DNA from: Octopus bimaculoides
Taxonomy: Eukaryota
Length of the DNA: 44,799 bases
Assembly: GCF_001194135.2 (NCBI RefSeq)
Contig: NC_068988.1
Span: 90,656,918-90,701,716, forward strand
Direction: 5' to 3'
The stretch's first letter is position 1, and each line of letters opens with the position of its first letter. Position numbers and translations under genes: made by a program. Below the pieces are notes generated by a model. The model had not been told where the DNA came from and did not search any database. It worked only from the letters and a program-made list of their open reading frames with translations. Shown here in pieces: positions 21,950 to 33,847 of this stretch.

Positions 21950-22722
21950 NNNNNNNNNNNNNNNNNNNNNNNNNNNNNNNNNNNNNNNNNNNNNNNNNNN
22001 NNNNNNNNNNNNNNNNNNNNNNNNNNNNNNNNNNNNNNNNNNNNNNNNNNNNNNNNNNNNNNNNNNNNNNNNNNNNNNNNNNNNNNNNNNNNNNNNNNNN
22101 NNNNNNNNNNNNNNNNNNNNNNNNNNNNNNNNNNNNNNNNNNNNNNNNNNNNNNNNNNNNNNNNNNNNNNNNNNNNNNNNNNNNNNNNNNNNNNNNNNNN
22201 NNNNNNNNNNNNNNNNNNNNNNNNNNNNNNNNNNNNNNNNNNNNNNNNNNNNNNNNNNNNNNNNNNNNNNNNNNNNNNNNNNNNNNNNNNNNNNNNNNNN
22301 NNNNNNNNNNNNNNNNNNNNNNNNNNNNNNNNNNNNNNNNNNNNNNNNNNNNNNNNNNNNNNNNNNNNNNNNNNNNNNNNNNNNNNNNNNNNNNNNNNNN
22401 NNNNNNNNNNNNNNNNNNNNNNNNNNNNNNNNNNNNNNNNNNNNNNNNNNNNNNNNNNNNNNNNNNNNNNNNNNNNNNNNNNNNNNNNNNNNNNNNNNNN
22501 NNNNNNNNNNNNNNNNNNNNNNNNNNNNNNNNNNNNNNNNNNNNNNNNNNNNNNNNNNNNNNNNNNNNNNNNNNNNNNNNNNNNNNNNNNNNNNNNNNNN
22601 NNNNNNNNNNNNNNNNNNNNNNNNNNNNNNNNNNNNNNNNNNNNNNNNNNNNNNNNNNNNNNNNCACCCATATGCACAAATGTTGGTTACTGTGTGAGTG
22701 TGTGCGAGTGCATGCTGTTGAT

Positions 22723-22764
<42 letters not shown>

Positions 22765-23072
22765 ACAAAGTGTAAATAATGGTCATTACATACTCTTCTT
22801 TATTGTAGTACTATAATTAAGAAATATTTGTAATGACCATTATTTATGCCTTATCTTGCATGTCAATCACTGTGTAAAAACCAGAATAGATCACAACTAT
22901 GGATTTACAATATAGAATGGTGATGACCTATTAACCTTGGACCCTGCTACAATATATGTGGAATTCTTTACTAATTCAATATTATTGTCAGCTCTGTACT
23001 AACAGAGTTTCTAAAGGATTTTGCCCGGATTGATAATCCTTTACTAATAACTTATATATGTGTCTGTGTGTG

Positions 23073-23106
<34 letters not shown>

Positions 23107-23289
23107 NNNNNNNNNNCACACACATACATATATATGCACACACATACATATATATGCACACACATACATATATATGCACACACATACACATGCATTCTTG
23201 AATACTTAACCCTTTTGATACCTAAGTGCCCAAGACTGCCTTTTATATAGAAGAGGTACAGAAATAGTTACCTGTAAGAGTTCAAGTGA

Positions 23290-23935
23290 AGCAGGTTCAT
23301 TGTAATGCTTGGTGTAATTTCTATAAGTAGTTGAAGGTTTTAGTTACTGGGTGACCTCATTAGCATTTCTGTGTGTTTGGAGTGGGGTAAATATTCCATA
23401 ATCTAAGTAACCAGAGTAAGAATGAGGTAAAAAAAAATTCAGAGAGCTGTCATCACTACGATAACAAAAGGATCTTTTCTATGTGAAAGATAGAATAGTA
23501 TGATGTTGCACAGTAATGAAATGTGGGCAATGAATACGGAGAATGTTTAACAATCAGAAAGAGATTTCTTGGGCATGCTTAACTGGATATGTAGTCTGTC
23601 AATGTGCATGAGTATCAGAGAACAAATGAACTAGGGGTAGAAAAATCTGGGTATAGCAAGAATCAGATGTAGTGTAACAACAGAGAAGACTGAAATGGTT
23701 TTAGGAGAGCCATATGAGTCATATGGATGACGGAAGTTGAGTAAAGAAGTGCCAAGTGATACTAATGACAGGAAGGAACATCTAGATGAGGAAGACAAAG
23801 AGAAACCAGAGAGAAATGATAATGGTTTATCTTAGGAGATTAAACTTTACGAGGGAGATGATTGAGGAACACGATAAACAGGAAAGCATCCTGATCAAAA
23901 CTTGTCTCATCCATGCGAACATGGAAAATAATGAT
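23290..23935 (+). pseudogene. Very old RTE 3' fragment
   Basis: HMSHMDDGS*VKKCQ..LRRLNFTREM..KTCLIHANMEN parallels GHVLRMNEDSCVKKC..KT at 25070-25270. Confidence 0.55.
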
Positions 23936-23969
23936 ATCAAATATACATGTATGTATGTATGTATCTATC

Positions 23970-24000
<31 letters not shown>

Positions 24001-24151
24001 NNNNNNNNNNNNNNNNNNNNNNNNNNNNNNNNNNNNNNNNNNNNNNNNNNNNNNNNNNNNNNNNNNNNNNNNNNNNNNNNNNNNNNNNNNNNNNNNNNNN
24101 NNNNNNNNNNNNNNNNNNNNNNNNNNNNNNNNNNNNNNNNNNNNNNNNNNN

Positions 24152-24390
24152 AATCTGATTTGGCAGAGTTTCTACAGCTGGATGCCCTTCCTAACGCCAA
24201 CCACTCAGAGAGTGTAGTGGGTGCTTTTACGTGTCACCCGCACGAAGGCCAGTCAGGCAGTACTGGCAACGGCCACGCTCAAAATGGTGTATTTTATGTG
24301 CCACCCACACAGGAGCCAGTCCAGGGGCACTGGCAACGATCTCGCTCGAAAATCCTACGAAGGCCAGTCAGGCGGTACTGGCAACGGCCA
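24152..24390 (-). mobile_element. RTE 3' UTR fragment
   Basis: Reverse complement of ~25680-25880. Confidence 0.8.
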
Positions 24391-24411
24391 CGATATATAT
24401 ATATAATATAT

Positions 24412-25975
24412 AGAATTAGAATCGGAGGGCCTTAGAGTCAGCCTAGCTAAAACCAAAGTCTTGATAAGTTGATAAGTAGGAAGGCAGACAAACCACAAAT
24501 ATCTTCAGGTAGATGGCCCTGCTTGATCTGTAGAAACTCCATAAGATGTAGCCAGTGTAAGCTATGGACACATAAGAGGTGCAGCAATATCAAAGGGAGG
24601 CTAACTGGGAAGATAGTTTTTGTATGTGGCAAATGCCCAGGTGCTATAAACACTGAAAATGTGCAGAGAGCAGGGAGAAAAACTAGAAGTAGTTGATATC
24701 TTCCGTTATCTAGAGGACCAAGTCAGTAGCAGGGGTGGATGCTTTGAAAGTGTAGCTGCTAGAATATGAATAGCCTGGGCAAAGTTCAGAGAGCTCCTAC
24801 CTCTGCTGGTGACAAAGGGTCTCTCGCTCAGAGTAAAAGGTAGACTGTATGACACATGTGTATGAACAGCCATACTACATGGCAGTGAAACATGGGCCGT
24901 GACTGCTGAGGACATTCGTAAGCTTGCAAGGAATGAAGCCAGTACGCCCCACTGGATGTGTAATGTCAGTGTACATAGACAACAGAGTGTAAGCGCCCTG
25001 AGAGAAAAGTTGGATTTAAGAAGCATCAGATGTAATGTGCAAGAGAGACAGCTGCACTGATATGGTCATGTGTTGCGAATGAATGAGGACAGCTGTGTGA
25101 AAAAGTGTCACACTCTAGCAGTTGAGGGAACCTGTGGAAGGGGTAGACCCAGGAAAACCTGGGATGAGGTGGTGAAGCACGACCGTCGAACATTGGACTT
25201 TACCGAAGCAATGACTAGCAACCGAGACCTTTGGAGATATGCTATGCTTGAGAAGACCCAACAAGCCAAGTGAGACCATAGCCCATGGCCTATGCCAGTG
25301 GGTGTAACCAGCTCACTTATGAATACCCCTCATCCATTGGGCAATATACTTAGCTTGTGAAGACCTGTTGAGGCATGTGAAATCAAAAGTCAAAATCACT
25401 GATGTGGTCGATGACAGTACTGTCTGATTGGCACTCATGCCAGTGGAATGTTAAAAGCACATCCAAATGGAGGGTGTAACGGCCCACTTATGAGTACCCC
25501 TCACTCATTGGACAATGAACTTTGCTTGCGAAGACCTATTGAGGCATGTGTAAACAAATCAAAATCGCTGACGTGGCTGATGACAGTACCACCTGATTGG
25601 CACTCATGCCAGTGGAATGTTAAAAGCACATCTGAGCATGATTGTTGCCAGGGTCACAGATTGGCTCCTGTGCTGGTGGCACGTGAAAAACAACATTGCC
25701 AGTGCCGCCAGACCGGCTCCCGTGCAGGTAGCATGTGAAAACACCTATTGAGCATGGTCATTGCCAGAACTGCCTGACTGGCCCTCATGCCGGTGGCACG
25801 TAAAAGCACCCACTACACTCTCGAAGTGGTTAGCGTTAGGAAGGGCATCCAGCTGTAGAAACTTTGCCAGATCAGATTGAGCCTGGTGCAGCCTCTGGCT
25901 CACCAGTCCTCAGTCAAACCGTCCAACCCATGCAAGTATGAAAAGCGGACGTTAAACGATGATGATGATGATGAT
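24412..25975 (+). mobile_element. 5'-truncated RTE LINE: RT C-terminus + 3' UTR + (GAT)n tail
   Basis: LESEGLRVSLAKTKV, LEVVDIFRYL, LHGSETW, GHVLR, GRGRPRKTW..DLWR, stop at 25273; ~165-bp tandem duplication in the UTR (25300-25464 / 25472-25633). Confidence 0.93.
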
Positions 25976-26281
25976 ATATATATATATATATATATATTGT
26001 CATTATCATTTAACATCCATCTTCCATGTTGACNNNNNNNNNNNNNNNNNNNNNNNNNNNNNNNNNNNNNNNNNNNNNNNNNNNNNNNNNNNNNNNNNNN
26101 NNNNNNNNNNNNNNNNNNNNNNNNNNNNNNNNNNNNNNNNNNNNNNNNNNNNNNNNNNNNNNNNNNNNNNNNNNNNNNNNNNNNNNNNNNNNNNNNNNNN
26201 NNNNNNNNNNNNNNNNNNNNNNNNNNNNNNNNNNNNNNNNNNNNNNNNNNNNNNNNNNNNNNATATATATATATATATATA

Positions 26282-27283
26282 CAAGGGGAAGTCAAAAATT
26301 ATTTGCACTTTCGCCATGACATACCTTTGGCATTGTCACACTACCTTGTGCACATGCCTGCTTACAGTTGGTATTATTGTGGTCACATGATCGAAGTTTG
26401 AGCCTGACCATGCCATTTTTCTTTCTTACTTTACAGTGTAAGCATGGCTGCTCCACTTGCAATGTGCACCAAAGAAGAACAAAGAGCAGTGATCCAATTT
26501 CTCTGGTCGGAAGGGGTGTCAGGTGCTGAAATTCATCGGAAGCTTTTAGCAGAATTGGTTAATGGCAGCTATGTGTGGGCATGCATCGTCATGCAACAAC
26601 AAAGCTTCCTTTGACAAGAAGCTTCTGTGTTTGGTGCGAATTGCTGGCTTCAGTTTGTTGGCTAGCAAAGCACTGTATCTTGCCCTGTTGATCATACAAC
26701 CTTTTCCAGGTAGTCTTCCAGTTAATGCCCTTTCGAGTCCCAAAAAAGAGTTAGCATCACTTTTCCCGTGGAAGACTATGTTTTGAATTTCTTCGTCGCT
26801 GGCAAGCCAAGATGTTTCCACTCCACACTCTGTCTTTTGGATTCTGTCTCATAATGACGGACCCACATTTCTTCTCCTGTAATAATTCTGCTCAAAACTT
26901 CCTCGCCCTCATTGTTGTAGCGATTGAGTAAACATTGGCAGACCTCAAGACATTTGCATTTGTGCTCTGCAGTAAGCTCTTTTGACACCCATCTTGCATA
27001 GACTTTATGGAAGCTGAGATCATCATGGATAATTTTGAGCACCTGACACACCTTCCAGCCAGAGAAATGGGATCATGGCCCTTTGTTCTTCTTTGGTGCA
27101 CATTGCTAGTGGAGTGGCCATGCTTACACTGTAAAGCCAGAACGAAAAAGGGCATGGTCAGGCTCAAACTTTGATCACATGACCACAATAGTACCAACTA
27201 TAAGCACTCATACACAAAAGGCAGTGTGACAATAATAAAGATATGTTATGGCGAAAGTGCAGACAATTTTTGACTTCCCCTTG
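26282..27283 (-). mobile_element. Rearranged mariner with two 5' ends
   Basis: TIR CAAGGGGAAGTCAAAAATT at both ends; ATG and N-terminus on + (26444, MAAPLAMCTKEEQRAVIQFLW) and on - (27121, MATPLAMCTKEEQRAM); catalytic core on - (RWVSKELT, IITGEEMW, LLHDDACPH). Confidence 0.9.
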
Positions 27284-27310
27284 TGTGTGTGTATGTGTAT
27301 ACATATCTAA

Positions 27311-27445
27311 AGGTGTGTAGCTTAGTGGTTAGGGTGTTGCACTCACAATCATTAGATTGTGGATTCGATTCCCAGATCAGGTAGTTGTGATGTTGCGTTC
27401 TTGAGCAAAACACTTCATTTAATGTTGCTTTAGTGCTGTGTGGGG
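27311..27445 (+). mobile_element. tRNA-derived SINE family D, head
   Basis: TAGCTTAGTGG (A box), GGATTCGATTCC (B box), TTCTTGAGCAAAACACTT. Confidence 0.7.
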
Positions 27446-28431
27446 ACTGGCATGTCAAAGAATAGACCAACGTTTCTTCTGTGTGTCATAACAGGCAACT
27501 AAGAAACGTTGAGGTAGGATTTGCACTCTGACCCCATAAAATCCTCACCAGCAATGACTTTCCAAATAGGTCCGTGGGCTGAAGGGTTGTTATCAAAGGT
27601 GTCAGCTGCCAGTAGTTGGGAATCACCAACAAATGGTGGATGCGGGAATGCACCGTTTCAACTCCCATACTGGAATTTTATATATGTATATATATATATA
27701 TATATNNNNNNNNNNNNNNNNNNNNNNNNNNNNNNNNNNNNNNNNNNNNNNNNNNNNNNNNNNNNNNNNNNNNNNNNNNNNNNNNNNNNNNNNNNNNNNN
27801 NNNNNNNNNNNNNNNNNNNNNNNNNNNNNNNNNNNNNNNNNNNNNNNNNNNNNNNNNNNNNNNNNNNNNNNNNNNNNNNNNNNNNNNNNNNNNNNNNNNN
27901 NNNNNNNNNNNNNNNNNNNNNNNNNNNNNNNNNNNNNNNNNNNNNNNNNNNNNNNNNNNNNNNNNNNNNNNNNNNNNNNNNNNNNNNNNNNNNNNNNNNN
28001 NNNNNNNNNNNNNNNNNNNNNNNNNNNNNNNNNNNNNNNNNNNNNNNNNNNNNNNNNNNNNNNNNNNNNNNNNNNNNNNNNNNNNNNNNNNNNNNNNNNN
28101 NNNNNNNNNNNNNNNNNNNNNNNNNNNNNNNNNNNNNNNNNNNNNNNNNNNNNNNNNNNNNNNNNNNNNNNNNNNNNNNNNNNNNNNNNNNNNNNNNNNN
28201 NNNNNNNNNNNNNNNNNNNNNNNNNNNNNNNNNNNNNNNNNNNNNNNNNNNNNNNNNNNNNNNNNNNNNNNNNNNNNNNNNNNNNNNNNNNNNNNNNNNN
28301 NNNNNNNNNNNNNNNNNNNNNNNNNNNNNNNNNNNNNNNNNNNNNNNNNNNNNNNNNNNTATTTATTTATTTATATATATTTATTTATTTATATCTATAT
28401 ATATATATATATATTTATTTATTTATATATA

Positions 28432-28466
<35 letters not shown>

Positions 28467-28474
28467 TTATTTAT

Positions 28475-28687
28475 ATAAGGGCATTACTATATAATAATGC
28501 CTCACGCTATGAGGGACTCTAAGGTCAGACTACCATAAAAAAAGCACATTTTTACCGAACGCGAGGAAATGCAACTCTCAAAGCCAGCCCCTTAAAAACA
28601 GACTGAATTATAGATCATGATTTCGTAGTTATTGTAGTATTAGAGTCCCTCATAGCGTGATGCATTATTGTATAGTAATGCCTTTAT
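28475..28687. mobile_element. MITE with 48-bp TIRs in a (TA)n tract
   Basis: 28475-28522 vs 28640-28687, 3 mismatches; 117-bp spacer. Confidence 0.8.
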
Positions 28688-28940
28688 ATAAATATATATT
28701 TCGGGAATAAATGATGGATTTTTTCCCTTATGAGGTTTTTTTCACGCTAGCTACTTGATAAATTCTTGTAAAAGAGTTCATCCTATATATATATATATAT
28801 AGGCACTCACATATACACACATACACACGCACATGCACATGTGTGTGTGTATGAGTACATGTGTATATGGTGGTGGTGTTGTATATGGTGATGGTACCAT
28901 CACCATACACACACGCACGTGTGTGTGTTTATAAAATAAT

Positions 28941-29152
28941 ACAAATGGGGTTTTAAAATCTTGACAGCTGTTTAGGTAAAACCTTATTGATTTATTTTAA
29001 ACAGATATAAACAGGTGAGGTAAAAGCTCATCTGTTTATACCTGTTTAAACTTTTACCTGAAGCTGGTGGATTTATGCTATGATATAATCTATGAATGCA
29101 TCACTAAAGCTCCACAGAAACAGCTGTTGTAAATTTTTAAACCCCATTTTTG
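28941..29152. mobile_element. Foldback/MITE-like element
   Basis: Outer ~32-bp imperfect IR (AAATGGGGTTT..CAGCTGTTT) plus inner 24-bp IR 28996-29019 / 29027-29050. Confidence 0.65.
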
Positions 29153-29403
29153 TTCTTTTTTATACCTATGTCGCACCTAGAACCAGCCCTGAGTAGGATC
29201 CACTCTTTAAATTGGATCTAGTACTTATATATCTGCAGTATCCGACCAGTATATGATACCACTTTTGTGATTGTTTTACCTTACTGTGAACCCTATGTTA
29301 TTGTGCCTAGCCATTTCTGGCGCCCTACGTGTTGATGTGCCAAGCTTCTTATGAATTCTATAACTAATATGTATATATGTGTGTGTATGTATGTATATAT
29401 GTA

Positions 29404-29458
<55 letters not shown>

Positions 29459-30025
29459 GAGACTACTAGGTGGACTGTTAATGTGCTAGAAGATCACATG
29501 TAATGTGTCTAGACGCATTACATNNNNNNNNNNNNNNNNNNNNNNNNNNNNNNNNNNNNNNNNNNNNNNNNNNNNNNNNNNNNNNNNNNNNNNNNNNNNN
29601 NNNNNNNNNNNNNNNNNNNNNNNNNNNNNNNNNNNNNNNNNNNNNNNNNNNNNNNNNNNNNNNNNNNNNNNNNNNNNNNNNNNNNNNNNNNNNNNNNNNN
29701 NNNNNNNNNNNNNNNNNNNNNNNNNNNNNNNNNNNNNNNNNNNNNNNNNNNNNNNNNNNNNNNNNNNNNNNNNNNNNNNNNNNNNNNNNNNNNNNNNNNN
29801 NNNNNNNNNNNNNNNNNNNNNNATATATATATACAATTATACTTATGTGTCCATCTGTTTTAATTTAATTAAATTCTATGTCTTTGTGCAGCTGAGGATT
29901 GCTCTGCATTTTAAATTGATGTAATGATTGCTTTGTTCAATTAAATGGACTTGCATGAAACGATCGTACTACATTATCTCTGGATACCCTTGTTGCTTAT
30001 TTTGATTATATACACACATATATAT

Positions 30026-30240
30026 TTTTATCTTTTTGCTTGTTTCTGTCATTAGTCTGTGGCCATACTGGGGCAGCACCCTGAAGAATTTTTAGTCAAA
30101 ATAACCAAACCCAGTACTTATTTTCCTTTTTTAAGCCTGATACTTAGTCTATCAACCTCTCTTGTCAAACTGCTAAGTCACGGGAATGTAAACACGACAC
30201 TGGTTGTCATGCAGTGGTGGGCGACATTCTCCCTCTCTCA

Positions 30241-30312
<72 letters not shown>

Positions 30313-30449
30313 TATACTACTGGCTTCTTTCAATTTCTGTCTTCCATATCTGCTCACAAGGCTTTGACTGCCCCAAGGCTTTGTTGAAGACACTTGCCCA
30401 AGGTGCCATGCAGTGAGATTGAACCCCAAACTATGTGGCTGGGAAGCAA
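30026..30449 (-). mobile_element. SINE family B, decayed
   Basis: Homology to 6685-7086, internal (CA)n. Confidence 0.85.
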
Positions 30450-30557
30450 AATAAGTTAATTCACTCAGTATTGACTCACTCCTTCAATAAATGTTCTGTT
30501 GTTATTCTTAAACTGCCTTTAAATATTAGCCTTATGAAAATTTTACATTTACCATGT

Positions 30558-30934
30558 AGAAGCATGGGTGTGTGGTACAAAGCTTGCTTCCCAACCACAT
30601 GGTTTCAGGTTCAGTTCCACATGTTGCACTTTAAACAAGCGTTTTGTACTATAGCCTCATGCCAACCAAATCCTTGTGAGTGAATTTGGTAAATGGAAAC
30701 TCAAAGAAACCCATCATGTGTGTGTGTGTGTGTGTGTGTGTGTACCACCACTACTTGACAACTGGTGTTGGTGTGTTTGTGCCATGCATAACCTAGTGGT
30801 TCAACAAAGGAGATCAATAGAATAAGTATCAGGTTTAAAAAAAAATGTACTGGAGTCGAGTCATTCAACTGATAATTGCTCAGTGATGCCCCACCATGAC
30901 TGCAGCCTCACAAGTGAAACACAAGTAAAAGATA
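30558..30934 (+). mobile_element. SINE family B, decayed
   Basis: Head, internal (TG)n, tail GATGCCCCACCATG..ACAAGTAAAAGATA. Confidence 0.85.
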
Positions 30935-31194
30935 AATGAGATGCACACACACATACACACGCACACACACACAAACGTTATTAACGAACTGATGAAGAAA
31001 TAAGAGATTTATGAATAGGAAAGGGGTGAGTCAGTGTGACTGGAGAACAGACAAACTGACATACTGGTTATGTGCCGGTTCTCATAAGCTGGAGGTAGCA
31101 GAGAGAACAAACCAACCACTTGTTCAGGCTGATGATGATAATGGTGTATACGTGTGTCTTAGTATGTGTGTGTATCATCAATTACACACACACA

Positions 31195-31580
31195 CACACA
31201 CACTGGTGACCATGTCACATCATACACCACCACATACCACTGCCACATCATGTTAACATCCGTAGGACCACTAAACAGCACTTACAACACCATCACCACC
31301 ACTGTCATCATTGTCATCACTGACATCATCACCACCATCACCAACATCATCACCGTATACACCAGCAGCACTACTATTGTGGTATGCACCACCAGCACTA
31401 ACGTCATCCCCATATACACCATCATCATCACCACCATCTTCACCAACATCATCACCATATATGCTATCATCATCACCCACCACTACCACCTCCACCTTCA
31501 TCACCACTATCACCACTACCATCACCACCACCACTGCCACCACCATCACCAACATCATCAGTGCATACACCACCACTGCC
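31195..31580. repeat. (CAC/CAT)n low-complexity tract
   Basis: Degenerate trinucleotide repeat; source of the His/Thr-rich pseudo-ORFs. Confidence 0.85.
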
Positions 31581-31724
31581 TCATCACAGAAATGTCACTT
31601 ATTCAGTCATCCTCTATCTGTTGTTGTTGCAGGTTCAAATTCTGGTCAAAGCAGGGACCACAGATGATATTGTGATAGAATCATATGCCTAATGTACAGA
31701 ATCTTTCAGCTGTATAATGTTGTT

Positions 31725-32150
31725 TAGCCCTAGGTCAACACTGTCTGAGCAAATTTGTAATCAATGACATTCCAGTTATGAACAGTTTGTCCTCATGGGC
31801 ATTACATATCCAGGATTACATTATTCAATGTGACCCTACATTTTTTTCTTTTAGATGATAGGGTATAAGTTAAGGGAGATTTGACTGCTATTTCTAGCAG
31901 GTGGAGCACTTAATTAGAAGCTTCTTCATCATTGCTACAATTTAGTTTTTGTTTGACTCTCTGTCAGCCCTCATCAAGCTGTAACATAATCAGAAGCAAT
32001 TCAGCTATGACCATCTCATCGTTTCTTACATATCAATAACCTAGGACTACATTGTCTACAGTATTCTTCTAAGATGTTGAAGTGTGATCTGAGGGAAAGA
32101 TTGGCTATTGTTTTTGGCCGGTCAAGTAACCATATAGAGATTCCTTTAAG
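31725..32150 (+). repeat. Two tandem decayed copies of a ~200-bp dispersed repeat (also ~12065-12230)
   Basis: Shared GGATTACATT and GAGATTTG.CTGCTATTT..C motifs. Confidence 0.5.
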
Positions 32151-32310
32151 TGAGAGATTGTATATGTGGTATCACGGATTATATTATGATGGATCATGAC
32201 GCATCATAGTACCAAGTACTATGATGGATCATTTGGTAGTATAATGGATTGTGTTGTCCAACCCATCCCAGTATGGAGAACAAACATTATGATGATAATG
32301 ATGATGATGA

Positions 32311-32558
32311 TCATCATCATCATCATTGTTTAATGTCCATTTTCCCATCTTCAAATGTGTTGACGAAATTTGTTGAGGTGGATTGTTTATGGCTGGAGAC
32401 CTTTCCTGTCACCAGCCCTCACCTGTTTCCAAGTGAGGTAATGTTTCCCTATGACCAGACATGATTTCACATAAGATTGCAAATGAAGGACATCATTTGC
32501 ATGATGCCAACACTCACTTGCATCTGTCTTGTGATGTCAAGGCAAGAAGAAAGTAACA
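32311..32558 (-). mobile_element. Family E RTE-tailed retroposon
   Basis: Inverted homolog of 17915-18166. Confidence 0.65.
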
Positions 32559-32927
32559 CATGCATACATACATACATACATNNNNNNNNNNNNNNNNNNN
32601 NNNNNNNNNNNNNNNNNNNNNNNNNNNNNNNNNNNNNNNNNNNNNNNNNNNNNNNNNNNNNNNNNNNNNNNNNNNNNNNNNNNNNNNNNNNNNNNNNNNN
32701 NNNNNNNNNNNNNNNNNNNNNNNNNNNNNNNNNNNNNNNNNNNNNNNNNNNNNNNNNNNNNNNNNNNNNNNNNNNNNNNNNNNNNNNNNNNNNNNNNNNN
32801 NNNNNNNNNNNNNNNNNNNNNNNNNNNNNNNNNNNNNNNNNNNNNNNNNNNNNNNNNNNNNNNNNNNNNNNNNNNNNNNNNNNNNNNNNNNNNNNNNNNN
32901 NNNNNNNNNNNNNNNNNNNNNNNNNNN

Positions 32928-33069
32928 AGTGAAAATTGTACATACCTCGATTATCTGCAGACTATAGTTTCAAAATCAACACTTTCAAAATAAAAGTGTC
33001 TATTTATCTTCAGTACGTTGATTTTGAAACTATAGTCTGCAGATAATCGAGGTATGTACAATTTTCACT
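32928..33069. repeat. Perfect 53-bp inverted repeat with 36-bp spacer, abutting a gap
   Basis: 32928-32980 is the exact reverse complement of 33017-33069. Confidence 0.9.
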
Positions 33070-33385
33070 GGTCTAGCCCGCCTATATATTGGAGCTTTCG
33101 ACAGGAATGCCAAGCAGTACAGCAAGTCATTTCCGAATTTCTGGCAGAGTGAATTACGTCATGGTGCTGTTTTTCTCACAGACAGTGCCTGACTGACCCT
33201 ACTATACTGTGTAGTTAACAAAATCCAAAACAATGTGCATGCACAAAATTAAAAATATAAAATGGCAACAATTTACCCATTGCATCCTGTATGTATATAT
33301 ATGTGTGTGTATGTATATATGTGTGTGTGTGTGTATGTATATGTAAGTATATATATTTATGTGTGTGTTTGTATGTACATACATG

Positions 33386-33786
33386 TCTTTTAACTTTTAC
33401 TTGTTTCAGTAATTATACTGTGGCCCTGTCTTGATGAATTTTTAGTCAACTAAATCGACCCCACTACTTATTTTTTTTCTCTTTTTCTTTAAGCCTAGTA
33501 CTTATTCTATTGGTCTCTTTGCTGAACCACCAAATTACAGGGTTGTAAACACACCAGCACCAGTTGTCAAGCGGGGGGGGGGACAAACACTGACACAAAG
33601 ACACAAACACATATATACACAATGAGTTTCTTTTAGTTTCCTTCTACCAGATCCACTCACAAATCTCTGGTTGGCCTGAGGCTATAAAAGTTGCAGACCC
33701 TTGTCTAAGGAACCTTGCAGTAGGACTGAACCCTGAACCATGTGATTGGGAAGCAAGCTTCTTACCACACAGTCATGCTTGCACCT
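33386..33786 (-). mobile_element. SINE family B
   Basis: Full tail-to-head homology with 6685-7086. Confidence 0.88.
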
Positions 33787-33847
33787 ATATATATATGTGT
33801 GTGTGTGTAGATATATATGTATATATATATATATGTATATATATAAA

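Noticed and set aside
31166-31675. His/Thr-rich 169-aa protein
   Set aside because: Translation of a degenerate CAC/CAT repeat; several frames are open; no splice or domain support.
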